From: Antedon mediterranea
Taxonomy: Eukaryota; Animalia; Echinodermata
Reading direction: 5' to 3'
NCBI RefSeq assembly: GCF_964355755.1
Contig: NC_092679.1
Coordinates: 5,672,201 to 5,736,200, forward strand
Length of the DNA stretch: 64,000 nucleotides
Positions 51,211 through 64,000 of this stretch are shown here, piece after piece; position 1 is the stretch's first letter, and the number at the start of each line of letters is the position of its first letter. The position numbers and the translations under genes are program-made. Below the pieces are notes generated by a model, which had not been told where the DNA came from, made no database searches, and saw only the letters and a list, made by a program, of their open reading frames with translations.

Positions 51211-54200
51211 CTAAAGAGTTTTACAATAGCCTTTGAATATGTCATAAGTCAGTTCTGAACCATCGTTGCACTGAATTATATTACTTGCAAGGTTTGGCAA
51301 TTTACTTCCTATGCCACTTGATGATGATGCATACACCATCTTGGTTCTCATGTTTGCCTTGTCATCATCAACCCTACAACAAAAATGCCATGTTTTAGTA
51401 TTAGAGCATGTCTTTAACACAACATTTTTTTAACCTTTGTGATGTAGAAAATGGCCACGACACACCAGATACAGTATGTACACTCGAAACATCCTCCCCA
51501 ATTTCAGGATTTGAGTATGATAGAATTTGAGACTAGGCCTCCACCACCACACAATTTTTTTTAGAATTGCAGAAGTGTAAATTACAGGCACCACGAAAAG
51601 TATAAAGTGCAGTCACACACAGTTTGATTTTGGTCCCAGAGCACTGTATATTCGTGCTGCAGATGAGAGAGCTCTCTATAGGAAGAAAAAGTAATTACGT
51701 CACGCTTCCGACTGCACTGGGGCCAAACAAAGCTTGGTCGGCCATCTTGTCCTATTCTAATACATTGATTTAACACCGCTTTTTCGTACATCCTGATAAA
51801 TTTTGTTTTTACATAATTTAGAGTTGTTCATCTTGCTTTATTTTACTATGTTAGTACAGTAGAACCTGTGTTTTACGTACCCTGATTTTACGTTCCCTTG
51901 ATTTTACGTACGCTTAAAATAACCGATGACGTCATCATTTTCTTACATTGAGGGCGCAATTTAACAACAAGAAAGCTGTGGCTGTGTGTGTTAGGAATTC
52001 TGCTGTGTGTTTGAGACAAGCTACGCACGTGCATTTAACCAGCGACTGTTTTTATTGATAGAAAATACAAGAACATTGATATTTTACATTTTATTTAAAC
52101 ATCTCACAGCCTGTATATACAGTACTGTACTTTTCTAGTTAGGCCTCACATCTTGCTAGGCCTGCTAGCCTGGCCTGAATAGTCTAGGCAAGGCCTAGCT
52201 AGTGACAACCTGCATGCTGTTCAGTAAAGTAGACAAACAGGGTAGCCTTTATAGCTACGATCTCTACGTATTTGGGGTCAATTTAAGGTCAACCTTGATT
52301 TTACGAATCCTTTGTTTTACGTACGCCTTTCGGTCCCGTACCGTACGTAAAATGGAGGTTCTACTGTACTGTAGTGTTGAATATTTTGCTTGGCCCAGTG
52401 CAGTCGGCAGCCAGGAAATGTGACGTCACACTTTTTCTCCCTATATTGTATCGACATATTTTTGTACTCCTTTGTCAGTCTCTTTTTGCAATGCAAAACC
52501 ATATTCACATAGGCTAGTGGAAAACAAGCTTGAAGCTATATTTAATAATAATAATAATAAAATCTTTATTTTTGCAACGGAAAAAAACTCGTTCACCAGA
52601 AAGATTCTTCCACAAGGCCGTATAACATTGTACATAACACACAAAGTATTGTAATAAAGAATTAAAATCAAGGTTAAAGTCCTGTTCCCTACATTTTTGT
52701 AGATCTAATTTAACGGTACAAACTACATGTAATGTAAAAATAAATACTATATGGTCCTATTGCGATAACTTTTTTCGTCTTTGGTTAAAAATGTGAAAAA
52801 TAAGTAAATTCTAATCATTTTAGCGACCCGCTATAAATCCCAACATGTATTGCGCGCAGATGAATATTTTAGGATTTCTTCTGTGATTCATCTACTTTCG
52901 ATCGATTGTGAAGGCCAAAATAAATGGAAGAATTGTAACTTTTCAGCGAAAATACTAGGATTTTCCCCCAATTCATATTACGGATTCTGGAAAAAACAGA
53001 AAAAAAATTACTGCGACAACTAGAAAATGTCAGGATAGGTCTATAATTAATAGCTACAGTAGCATACAATGTCTGTACTTTACTGTTGTTTACCAGCTAG
53101 GCCTACAAAACTAAGCCTACCTAGGCTAGGCCTAAAGACCGTCCACGAGAGGACATTCACCACGAGCTACTTAGGTAGTGCATTGATTCTCTCTTTATCT
53201 AAGAAGGGAATAACCTGAGAAGGTCCCCGGTTCGAGCCCTGGCGAAACCTATTTTTCTTAAACTTATGGTGAAATATACTGTATACGTAATATGATATAC
53301 CGGTAGAGTATATCTCTACTCGGGGTACCGGAGTCTAGGACTCTCATCTTTTCCTCTTCCATCCGGACACTATTGAGTAAAAAGTGCGACTTATAAAGTA
53401 CTACTCCTCCCTCATTCGTTGTAGTATTGAGCTGGGATTTGACATGAATATATTACAGGGGCATGTCCTCAAATCTATAGAGCCGGATTTTTTAATTTTA
53501 AACCGGATGCAGCCATATCACATCTCGAAGATGGTATTTGGAATGTGTGACGTTACATCCGGTCTTATGACGTCATTACAGCTTCTTTTGCTGTACCCCA
53601 AGTATCACACATTCGTGCTATATTTTATATTTATCTGTTTTTTTATCGTACTAATATTTGCCAATTTCTATTGTTATTTTATTATGAATGGACAAATAAA
53701 GCATTTCAGTATATATTCACACTTTTTCATTCTGAACAGATAGATAGTGCTGTTTTCTTAAATATGGGAAATTATATAAAGAATTGAATGGCAGTTCTTT
53801 TTTGTTTGTTATAATTGTGCTTACCATCTAATCAAGAAAGATTTTGAACGTTTACTTCCATCATCCAAAACACAGTTGTAAATCATAAAGGCAGCTGGCT
53901 CAGCTGTGAGGATTTCCTTTATTCTTGTAAACGCTGCCCTGGGTGTTTCATCTTTAACTTGGCATGAATGTACAACTATCTTTTCCTCGCAATCTTTGTG
54001 AAACTGTTGGTAAATTGCATCATCATCTTCAATTGGGGCTGTTGAAATTCTTTCAGAGTCTACATACACTAATTGACCCTTTTCTATTCGAGCAAGGATA
54101 TACAAATACTTTTTTAAAGCCACATTGTCGGAAGCTAATTTTTTAAACCTTTCTTCGACTGCAACACCTGACTGTAAAATAAAAAAAATTGGTAAGTAAA

Positions 54201-57200
54201 TGTGAATATTTAAATACAGTAACAGTAAAGTAATAAAAACTAGAACAGTATCTAGGTTTCTATATTTCTTCCACAAAATGTATATTGCTAGCTAATAATT
54301 TTGTATCAATATTATAATTTATAAAAATAAAATTAAAAGCCTAAAAGTAACCACTTGGGACCAGGTTACAGTATCTGTACCTGATACAACAACATGCACA
54401 CGTTGCTAGAATAGTACTACTAGTAGTGTAGGAAATTGACCCGTCATCCTATGGCCTGAACAAAATTTGTATTAAATACTGCATACAGTAGTGATAAATG
54501 TATGTCTATTTTATATAATGCACTTGTCAATTGCATGACCCACTATACAACCCTTGAGAGAGGTGCATCATTTATAATAATTATAAATGCAGGGATGCGT
54601 CATGGTACGTCACATACCGTATATTTCGGTGTATAAGTCGCACTTTTGACACACAAATTTGACCTCTAAATTAAGGGTGCGTCTTATACACCGAACATAA
54701 ATGCCTCACCACACAGAGTGTACATATCGTCACCTCGTTGGCTAGGCCTTAGTAGGCTAGGCCTAGCTACAGTGTACTAACGTAACGGCAACCTGCTTCT
54801 GCCTAGTTTTCAAGGCATTTTAGCGTGATGTTATACTAAATATGATGAAAAGATTTGTTTATTATGGAGCTGTTTTAAGCGCTCCGATAAAATTTCATTT
54901 GTAAACGTTTACGATCGATTGGAATAGTATTTATTTATAGTTATTCGCACGATCGCCGACCGCCGTACGCACGATCGCCGACCGCCGTACCCCCAGCGCA
55001 AGCCCTTCTTGGCGGCCACATGTTGTACGGTATTCGACTAGTATATTCTCCAGGTGATTATAGCGTGGACCTAGCGTACACACTTCTCGGATACATAGAT
55101 ACTAATCGAATACGATTGTCCGTGAAAACGTGCGCCCTCTCGAAATGATCGAGCGAGGCTAGCCCACACACGTGCGTGTTACACACTGTACTCGGTCATG
55201 CACTCGATGTTGCGGGTGCGAAACTCATGAATAACAAGTTAGAAACAACTTGTTGAGGCTGGGCGCGGCCGAGCCTAGGTAAGAAAAAACCTAAATAAAG
55301 GACGTCGTTGTAGATATAACAAAATATATTATTACAATAATATTGATTACAATTTAAAAAAAACATTGTTTTGATGAAATATAAGGTGCGTCTTATACAT
55401 AGACGATATAAAAAATACCGATATTTTACTCTCAGTTAGGGGGTGCGTCTTATACACAGGTGCGACTTATACACCGAAATATACGGTAATTAATAAACAA
55501 TGGTGTGTCAATGTCCGTCACTTTACCACCCACCATATCATGAACAACATGGTACATTGTTCTTTAAAATGTGTGCATCTTGGTCATCTTGGTTACAAAT
55601 AGTAACTTTTTGACGCAGGGGTGCATCATGGTATTCATAATGTATGACACACAGACAAATGACACACTCATACATTCTAATTTTTTTAAACAAAACATAA
55701 TTGTGTGAGAAAAACATAAAAGTAGATATCCCAATGAAGCAGTTTTCCGTTATGGTGATTCGAACGAATGCTCGTGAAAATTCAAAAAGTGACTTATTTT
55801 CCAAACTTTAAAAAAAAATCTATGCTGTGCAAGTTATTCTGGTTGTGCGTACAATTGGCTGAATATTCTGTATGCGCAAGTGCTATGCCTATTAGTAGTT
55901 CCAGTACAGTCAAATTGCTATATTGGCAAACGGCGCTCTATACTATTAGTACTGCAGCCAATTGTACGCACAACCAGAATAACTTACACAGCATGGATTT
56001 TTTTTTTACCAATGTTGAGTTTGGAATGTGTCAAACATATTGTTCAAATGTAAAAATAAATTAGACAACAATATCATCTTCATTTTTGTACTTATTTTGA
56101 TTGTTTTGAACAACAAATTAAGCATTAACTAATGATTTTTAAACACCATACTCAATAGCGCGCGCAGTCAGACTCAAGAAATTGGATCATTTACTATTTG
56201 TGGTCCACAACCACACCAACAAGCGGTACGCATATTCTCCATATACGCGGCCTAGCGCTACACTATTTTGACCAAGAAAAGACTACATATACAGTACAGG
56301 ACAGAATTATTGCAAAAATCCCAACGCATTCAACACGTTGTCGTTGCGTTGTGTTTGTGTTGCGTTGAACGGCTTTCAACGTTTAGTTGTTTATTCAACG
56401 AAAGTCATTATCAGCATGTCAAGTAAACAATTAGTTATTTCAACGCTAGCTGCTGCAGCGCTAGACTGGCCGATTGCACGCCTGAACGATCAGTAACAAC
56501 AACAGGCAAAATACCTATCGGCAGTCACTACCAGATATTTTAATATAAATAAAATATATATGAAGCTTAGATATATTTTTAAGTATTGAACGGACAGTTA
56601 CCAAATAAAACACACAGTGATATTTCCCAGTGTTTAGTGAAGGAAAACATCGAATAATAAGGTCGATGCCAAGTCTAACAGTTAACACTGTACTGTAAGC
56701 CTTCCGGGGGAAAACACGATCTCACGTCGTAAAATCAAACAACGTGGAAATTACTGACATCAACACACGAGGCCGCCACCCTGGTTTCCTCAAGAAAAAC
56801 ACCACGTGTGTTATGACGTATTTAACGATCGTTAATGACGACGAAGTAATTAATTTTATTTAGGCCTACATTTTTTAGCTGTTCGAGATTCAAGAGATAA
56901 AGTTAAAATATTGTTTCTCTATTTTGGTTTTTATTTTATAATTGTCCCATTGTTTGTTGTAATGTAATTTGAAAGAACTAAAAAAGTTGACGTGTCCGAC
57001 ACCCATGAACCAATTTAAATCTTTATAAATCGAACAACATTACATTTTTAAGTACAACAAGCGTTTTGAATACGTTAACAATAGAGCGTGTTGAATGTGT
57101 TGAACCCGTTGACCGTTCATTGACGACGTTAAACAATTGAATCCCATAGCGTTGAACGCGTTGAAAACGTTGCGCGTTTTGAAAAGCATCACACTGTAAA

Positions 57201-60021
57201 ACTGATTAAAATGTTGGCTGTTCGCTCGCATATTCTCGCAACTCCATCCCATTCATACAGTTTCAGGAGGAGGCCAATATAATTATATTAAGAAACAATA
57301 GTATGTTAAAGAGAAAACGCCTAAACCTCGCCTGTAATAATATATTGTCTTGCATCAGAATAAAGTGGTTCTTTATTCTGAATTGTTTGGTTATTCAAAT
57401 ATTTGTGGGTTACACCTTGGCGTGAATAATATGGTATGGCACAGGTTTTGATTTTAAAGAAAACGCCTAACATTGCCTATTGTCATCAAATTGGTCATTC
57501 CTATTTCTTGGTTATTATATTTAACGCTTTTCTCTGCATGGGTTACGTTAGGCATCACAATAATTAATTTATAATATAATACATGATAATGATATATTTA
57601 TGGATAATAATAAAAACTAAACGATTTTTTCCCTTTTAATTACGCGTTATTTCATAATGAATGAACTCTTCACCTTTCGATCAGTTCGTCCCTCACGTCA
57701 CGAAAAGCATGCGTGAAAAAGACGACGACCATGCTGGATCGCTATGTTGGTGGTGTATTGTTGCCTTCCATGGCGGCGGGTGTAGGCTACGTTGTTTTTA
57801 TAAATAATCGAGAAAAATGTAGTACAGTACTGCGAAGTTTTTAGTTTGGAAATAATTAATTACGATGTGACCTAGCCTCCAAGATTCACCGCCGCCTTAA
57901 CTTTGGTATTTAATACTCCAGTTAATATAGGCACACAGTAATTGAGGACATGACCACTACTTTTAACTGCGATGGCAGACGCGGCTCATATACACACGGG
58001 GCCTACTCGTTAGTAGTAGGCCTAGCCTAGTGTAATATATTAAGCTAGGTTTCCGCGGAAAAATACACATTATGTTTGTTTTCTTAAATATTTGTAATAC
58101 TGTATTTTATACTATTACTACTACTACTAATACACACTGGCAATCTGTAAATACCATACGAATCCGATTGTTCGTTATTTCAACGCAAACTCAACGCAAC
58201 ACATTGTGTTGGTTGAATAAACAGTTCAACGAACTCAACACTTTCAACGCCAACGGACAACGCAGTTTCAACGCGTTGTCAACACTTTAACAATGCGTTG
58301 AATGCGTTCAAAATCTGCAATAATTCTGTCCGGTACTGTAGTAGCATATTTAAAATTTATTTCAAAACTTTAAGCATGTATTAATTAACAGAGATTTTTC
58401 CAGTTAGAAACTGCCACCGCCAGCGTTTTTAGTCCAATTTGATGTTTTTATTTACCGTAAGCTGATTGAAACTATGTATTGTATGTGATTTGATTTATAT
58501 GTCATTTAGACTAAAATAATCATAAAGATTTTAGCTTTACAATGGTACCAAGAACGATTTTCAAATCGCAATATGTAAATCGTAATAGTAAAATTTTCGT
58601 AGTTTCGGGCCAGAAAGTAGAGATATTCGCGATTTTGTGCAAGACATCACAATATGAAAATATCGCCCGGTGAGATCAACAAACAACGAAAAGTTACTTA
58701 CATGGCACCGATAGGCCTATAAAAACAAGTTATCGCTATCGAAAAATGTTTTACATTTTATAAATCATAAATCTAACATCAATGTTTCGCCAAAATCCAC
58801 ATAGTAAAAACACCAGGCCTAAAGTTGGTCTGGAACCGTTTTACGACTAGGCCTTATAAATGATGCCCTGAATACTGTATCTCCAAACAAGTTTGTTGCG
58901 CGAAACTTGGTCACTTACAGTGTAACACCAAAACAATTAGGGTATACATACAATAATAAAATTAAAGACTTCATATTGAAAATTACTCCATTATTTTTTA
59001 TTCAAATAATGCACTTGTCAATTGTATGACCCACTATACGACCCCCGGGAGAGGTGCGTCATTTGTCCTATGTGCGTCATACTTTTGAATACCATGACGC
59101 ACCCATGCGTCAAAAAGGTGACTTACCTTTAGGTGACCATGACGCACCCATTTTGACGCACTGTGACCATGTTGTTTATGATATGGTGGGTAGTAAAGTG
59201 ACGGACATTGACACACCTTGTTCATTGATGTGACGTACCATCTAGGTTTTTTGACGTCAGTAATTATTTGTAAATGACGCACCCATGACGCACCTCTCCC
59301 GGGGGTCGTATAGTGGGTCATACAATTGACAAGTGCATAACAAACAAACATGCCAATCCACAAACCCTTTGTAATGCTTTGGCGGCATAGCTAGCGCGCA
59401 ACCGATACACAATGCGCCAAGCCATCGCTCTACTGTGATGCGCGGTGTATGTTATTTCGACAGGTACCATTTTGACAGTCGTTCGTAACCAGATTAGTTA
59501 CTTTCAAATAGTAAAATATTGACGGTCCAGACCGAATATAATAGTGTCCATATTTATACTAGGGCCTATACCAATAATTAACCTATCTACCCGATTTCGT
59601 AATAAAACGCGAAACACGAACATCTTCGTGTTTGGCAGTCAAAGTGTTAACCAATATTTACTATCAAGTTTCATACAATTTTGTTGCCAATATTTTTAAT
59701 TATTTACTAAAATCTTCTAGTATTTGAGCTATTGAGTAGGCAGTGTGTCCATTCATGCATTAAAATGGCCTCAATATATGTCGACATTAAATACCATTTG
59801 TAGTCTGGTGGAAGTTAGGCCTAGGCTAGCTCGGCCTAGGCTACAGTACTTTTTACTTCCGCATAAGGTGTGGGGGAATCATCTATTACATTCCGAGACC
59901 CGGACATTATTATTCGGAGCCATTATTGTTTCTGCTCTTACACATTCAATGTTATCTTATATGTAGGCCTAACTTATAACTTTCTAAATAAAGCATATCT
60001 AATATTTATTCTTACCGACAT
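51211..60021 (-). CDS. ADF/cofilin family actin-depolymerising factor, 3 coding exons, ~171 aa
   Basis: Exons 60016-60021 (ATG TCG|gtaag), 53825-54171, 51211-51373 give MSSGVAV...KKYLYIL...SKSFLIRWVDDDKANMRTKMVYASS...IQCNDGSELTY, the ADF-H signature. Confidence 0.88.
51857..52366. mobile_element. Tigger/pogo-type MITE (TA TSD)
   Basis: TA|CAGTAGAACCTGTGTTTTACGTAC ... GTACGTAAAATGGAGGTTCTACTG|TA. Confidence 0.8.
54617..55486. mobile_element. pogo-type non-autonomous element nested in a decayed copy of the 8817 Harbinger MITE (~54519-55640)
   Basis: TA|CCGTATATTTCGGTGTATAAGTCGCAC ... GTGCGACTTATACACCGAAATATACGG|TA; flanks match the MITE family (tgcacttgtcaattg; gtgtcaatgtccgtcacttta). Confidence 0.82.
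55810..56008. repeat. ~200-bp hairpin with ~50-bp arms
   Basis: atgctgtgcaagttattctggttgtgcgtacaattggctg vs cagccaattgtacgcacaaccagaataacttacacagcat. Confidence 0.75.
56297..58333. mobile_element. ~2-kb non-autonomous TIR element (TA TSD) with caacgc/gcgttg subterminal repeats
   Basis: TA|CAGGACAGAATTATTGCA ... TGCAATAATTCTGTCCGG|TA; no transposase ORF. Confidence 0.7.
58395..59646 (-). mobile_element. Second piggyBac-like copy (one end truncated), interrupted by a Harbinger MITE
   Basis: Reverse complement of 6384-7426; ends TGGCAGTCAAAGTG|TTAA at 59646-59650. Confidence 0.85.
59010..59337. mobile_element. PIF/Harbinger-type MITE (copy 2)
   Basis: Near-identical to 8817-9154; TAA TSD at 59007-59009 and 59338-59340. 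Confidence 0.88.
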
Positions 60022-60789
60022 TGTGATTGATAGCAAAAATTCTAGGTACAACAAAAAAAGACTTTAACAACCGTTCTCTAACCGACGAACAACCACCAAA
60101 GAATGCGCACCGTCCAGATAGTCGATGACGCCGATTCAATATGCTAATCATCAACTATGGCTTCAAGTAATCGATATAGCTATTGGACAGAGTTTCCAGG
60201 AAGCAAATATTTATTTGGGATTTAACCAATCAATATTGGTTTTACAGATGGTACGATGTTGGGCGTGTGACAATGACATCATCTATAGCCTAGTCTAATT
60301 TTTGAAGATTTAGACTTAATCATAAAGATTTTTGTTATAAAAAACAAAATTGTATTATTTGTATTACATCTTATAATTCTTTATACACTAGATACGTTTG
60401 TTTCATTATTTACGTTAAAAATATTACCTTCTCTGTACCACGTGATAAATTATGGCGCCAACGTATTACCTTATTTGGAAGTCTTCTCTTAACAGGGAAA
60501 CACATGTTCCATATAAGGATAATGTTTAGCGATGGGGTGGGGCGTGAGTTACGGACGGCAGTACGGATTGGAGAACACATGATTAATATCAATGATTGTA
60601 ACTTTGCTAACTAAAACCTACTCCCCATCCATGGTAAATAAATAAATAGAAGACCAACCTTTACACACCACATAAAATACCATAAAATATAGGGACTCCC
60701 GGACTCATCTGAAGTGAACAAGCAACGTCAGTGTAGACCGCACCAACAAAAAAATGATGTAGCCTACAATTGTTTCTTTCGTGGGGTGC

Positions 60790-61398
60790 AGGTCAAGTCG
60801 GCCCTAAACCGTCTCGGCTAAAGTCAAGTCGGCCCCACGTCAAGTCGGCCCCAAGTCAACTCGGCCTCAAGTCAACTCGGCCTCACGTCAACTCGGCCAA
60901 AAACTAATCGGTCAACTCGGCCACAATAAAGTATGGAACGCAAAAAGTGCTTAATATTATTATGATTCTTACTATCCACGCTTAAAATAAAATGAAGAAA
61001 TAAAAAAACTAATATAATTAAATAATATATAAAAAAATGAACTCATTCATTGCCGATATGAATATAAGTACCCGCGTGTTACAAAAACACGTGCAGGTAC
61101 CGCATTTTAGTAAATCGAAGACGGAGGCCTACGTTCCACCATTTGGCCATAGAAAAAATGGGTTCTAGGACACCTACCCCCTAGACAGTTACCCCCCGGA
61201 TATTTACCACCCGGACAACTACCCCCTTAGGACAACTATCCCCCGGACAACTACCCCCCGGACAACTACCCCCTTAGGACAACTACCCCCTTAGGACAAC
61301 AACCCCCCGGACAACTACCCCCGGACAACTACCCCCTTAGGACAACTACCCCCTTAGGATAACTACCCCCCGGTCAACTACCCCCCCCCCCCCCCCCC
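60790..61398. repeat. Two short-period arrays (gtcaactcggcc ~60790-60925; ggacaactaccccc ~61165-61398), probably transposon subterminal repeats
   Basis: 16-18-bp tandem units. Confidence 0.75.
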
Positions 61399-61451
61399 AA
61401 TCCAAAAGTAGACAAACGGTTTCTGTAAAAATGAAATCATCTGTTTTTAAC

Positions 61452-61784
61452 GGGTGTTTCGAAACTAGAGACCCGAGACCAGAGACCTGACACGAGACCC
61501 AATACGAAAAGGGAGACCTATATTTGGGTCTCCCTTTTCGTATATTAGGGTCTCCCTTTTCGTATAGTGTGGTCTCTCTTTTCGTATAGTGGGGTCTCCC
61601 TTTTCGTATATTTGGGTCTCCCTTTTCGTATATTTAGGTCTCCCTTTTCGTATATTAGGGTCTCTCTTTTCGTATAGTGGGGTCTCCCTTTTCGTACGTG
61701 GGTCTCTCTTTTCGTATATTTAGGTCTCCCTTTTCGTATTGGGTCTCGGGTCTCTGGTCTCGGGTCTCTAGTTTCGAAACACCC
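61452..61784. mobile_element. MULE-like MITE with 9-bp TSD
   Basis: GGGTGTTTCGAAACTAGAGACCCGAGACC termini; gtttttaac at 61443-61451 and 61785-61793; internal tctcccttttcgtata array. Confidence 0.85.
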
Positions 61785-62199
61785 GTTTTTAACCGATTAT
61801 TCTGTTTAACAGCACGCTAGACCCTAGATGTGCTAGATTTAAAGTACCGTATTTATTGACAAAACGGCCTGGGCTGTTTATTGTTTAGGTGGTTTTTAGG
61901 TGGACATTTATTGGAAGAAAGTTGTTTATTCAATGGGAGGGGGTATAATCTAATGGAAATAGACGCCGATTATTAATTCCATATGATGTTTCATGGGAGT
62001 GACATGATCACCGTTTATTTGAGGGGAATTTATTTAAAGATCGCCGTTTATTCGGTGAGTGAACATTGAGGTCAAATATCAAAAGTGATATTATTCTTCA
62101 AGTGTACAAAAATACATAGGCCTATATGACAAATTTGAGACAAAAATTAATTCTTTTAAGACCAGTGGTTATCGAAGCATTGTCCTGACGCAAACATTA

Positions 62200-63010
62200 T
62201 TATTATTATTAGCGAACCCAGTCTTTACAGTAAATACAGGGAGTACTATATAATACGTTCGACTATCCTATGATCATGTGTGACAATCTTCAGTTTAAAC
62301 CAGGCTATATACTCTAGTAGCTAGATCAACTTTCGTATGCACTTTGAGGTCCAGAGAATTTGACTTCAGAAATTGGTTTAGGGTGGTCAAACAATCATTT
62401 TTGGCTTGGTTACACATTTTGAAAATGTGGCGAAAGGTCAAAAGGTCAGGGTCAAAGGTTATAAAATCAAACACCATTATGTCCTTAAATCTCGACAACC
62501 ACTGGTCACAGCGAGGTAATTTTGGTCTTAAATTAATCAGAAGGTATACATTTATATTCAGTCTAATGAAACATTTTAGTCGAAAATGACCGGAAATGCC
62601 ATTTCTGACCTTTGACCCATAAACCAGGGCATGTCTGTATCTCCGTAACTATTGGCCGTAGTGACTTGAATTTGGGCTCAAATTGTTCGAAATATACATT
62701 TAGTTATTTGTTACACATTTTGAAAAATGTTACAAAAGGTCAAAGGGTCAAGGTCAAGGGTTATTTGAACAAATAAAAAAAGGTACTTGTATCTCGGCAA
62801 CCACTGGTCGCAGCAAGACAATTTTGGTCTCAAAATGTTCAGAAGGCATGCATTTATATTCCATCTAATGGGGCATTTTAGTCAAAAATGATCAGAAATG
62901 CCATTTCTGACCTTTGACCCACATACCAGGGCATCTTCATATCTCTGTAAGTACAGGTCGTAGAAACTTAAATTTGGTATCAAATTGTTCGAAATATACA
63001 TATTTACATT
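62200..63010. repeat. ~300-bp tandem repeat x~2 rich in AGGTCA/TGACCT, possibly within a Helentron-like non-autonomous element
   Basis: gttacacattttgaaaa at 62409 and 62710; gaaatgccatttctgacctttgaccc twice. Confidence 0.6.
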
Positions 63011-64000
63011 CATTGTAATAGAAAATGTGGTTAAAAGATGAACAGAAATACTATTACTAATGTTTCAAACAAAAAACATATCTACACAACTTATCATTAG
63101 ACAGTAATGTTATGCAATAACTGATACTTTAAATTGTTTTAATTTCAAGTTATTGCTGTCCCCGAGGACATTTTGATAGAAACGTTAAGCTCAACAGTTC
63201 TTTTCAGAATGCTAGAAGTAACTTGCCATATGTATCCGATTAAACGCTCCAGGCATTTATTGTTCAAAAGGCTTTTTAGGGGGAAAGGAGGCATCTTTAT
63301 TTGGGGTATAATATGGTAACATGTATAATCAAATAAATACCACCTAGATGTAAAAAAATACTGCACAATTAATATCAAAAAGTGATAAAATTATGTCAAA
63401 ATGCTTGGTAAATTGTAGATTATGGTAGTTAATGAAATGTGTTGACGTGATACAATTATTCTGTAAATGTATGTGGCGGGGCGTTTATTCCACATGGTGT
63501 TCTATTGGAGGGAATGGTGGCGTTTATTTGAAGGAATACTCTAATTTTAATTTTTGTATTTCGTTTCTCAACTGATAAAAGGTACTTTACATGATTCGTT
63601 TTCCTCTTTATGCTTTTTAACGAAATGTTTCTGTCTTTTAAAATAAAAGTGATAGATTCCATTAAATGGATCTTCTCCTCCAGGTGCCAGTATAATGATA
63701 TAAAACAATGACACATCATTATCCTGACACGATTGCACTCATAATGGATCTTCGTTCTATCATCTATTTGTTTGTAACTACAATTTGACAACAATCTTTT
63801 GCATAGTTTTAAATGCCAATACATAGTTTCATTACTATTGTACAATATGTCCAGCTTTCCTGAAAACACCCTTGTGTATTGTAGTACAGTGTTGTAGTAT
63901 GATTTTATCATGATAAACTTCTGATGCTTTTATTGTCAATGCATTCAGTACCTAAAACATGTCAAAGTTTCTAGTGGTATTGATAATAAATCTCCAGAAA

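Noticed and set aside
53160-53250. tRNA gene candidate (gaaggtccccggttcgagccctggcgaaacc)
   Set aside because: Only the T-arm/B-box half is convincing; no pairing acceptor stem or cloverleaf. Probably a SINE head or pseudo-tRNA.
63145-63911. ORFs of 77 and 151 aa at the right end
   Set aside because: No recognisable motifs; AT-rich low-information translation; includes fragments resembling the ataaacgcc MITE family.

Overview
AT-rich, intron-rich animal genomic DNA (invertebrate; echinoderm-like is only a guess). I assembled spliced gene models by hand from GT-AG sites and phase continuity. In order: the 5' part of menin/MEN1 (-, runs off the left edge); an unidentified single-coding-exon ~147-aa gene (+); SMIM12 (-); a 22-exon CEP128 (+, ~1130 aa); a head-to-tail ~5.1/5.5-kb tandem duplication carrying two near-identical 3-exon genes for an unknown ~675-aa secreted protein; a 16-exon gene (-, ~595 aa) fusing a CFAP97D/Hemingway domain to a degenerate four-repeat annexin core with a basic SPRR tail; and an ADF/cofilin gene (-). 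Introns and intergenic DNA hold many non-autonomous DNA transposons (MULE-, piggyBac-, Harbinger-, Tc1/pogo-, Ginger- and Kolobok-like, some nested), tRNA-derived SINEs and minisatellites. Best candidates for novelty: (1) the duplicated secreted protein, whose copies differ mainly in one sharply bounded 20-23-aa cassette and whose motifs recall an uncharacterised microbial family, and (2) the CFAP97D-annexin fusion. Family calls are from remembered motifs, not database searches.
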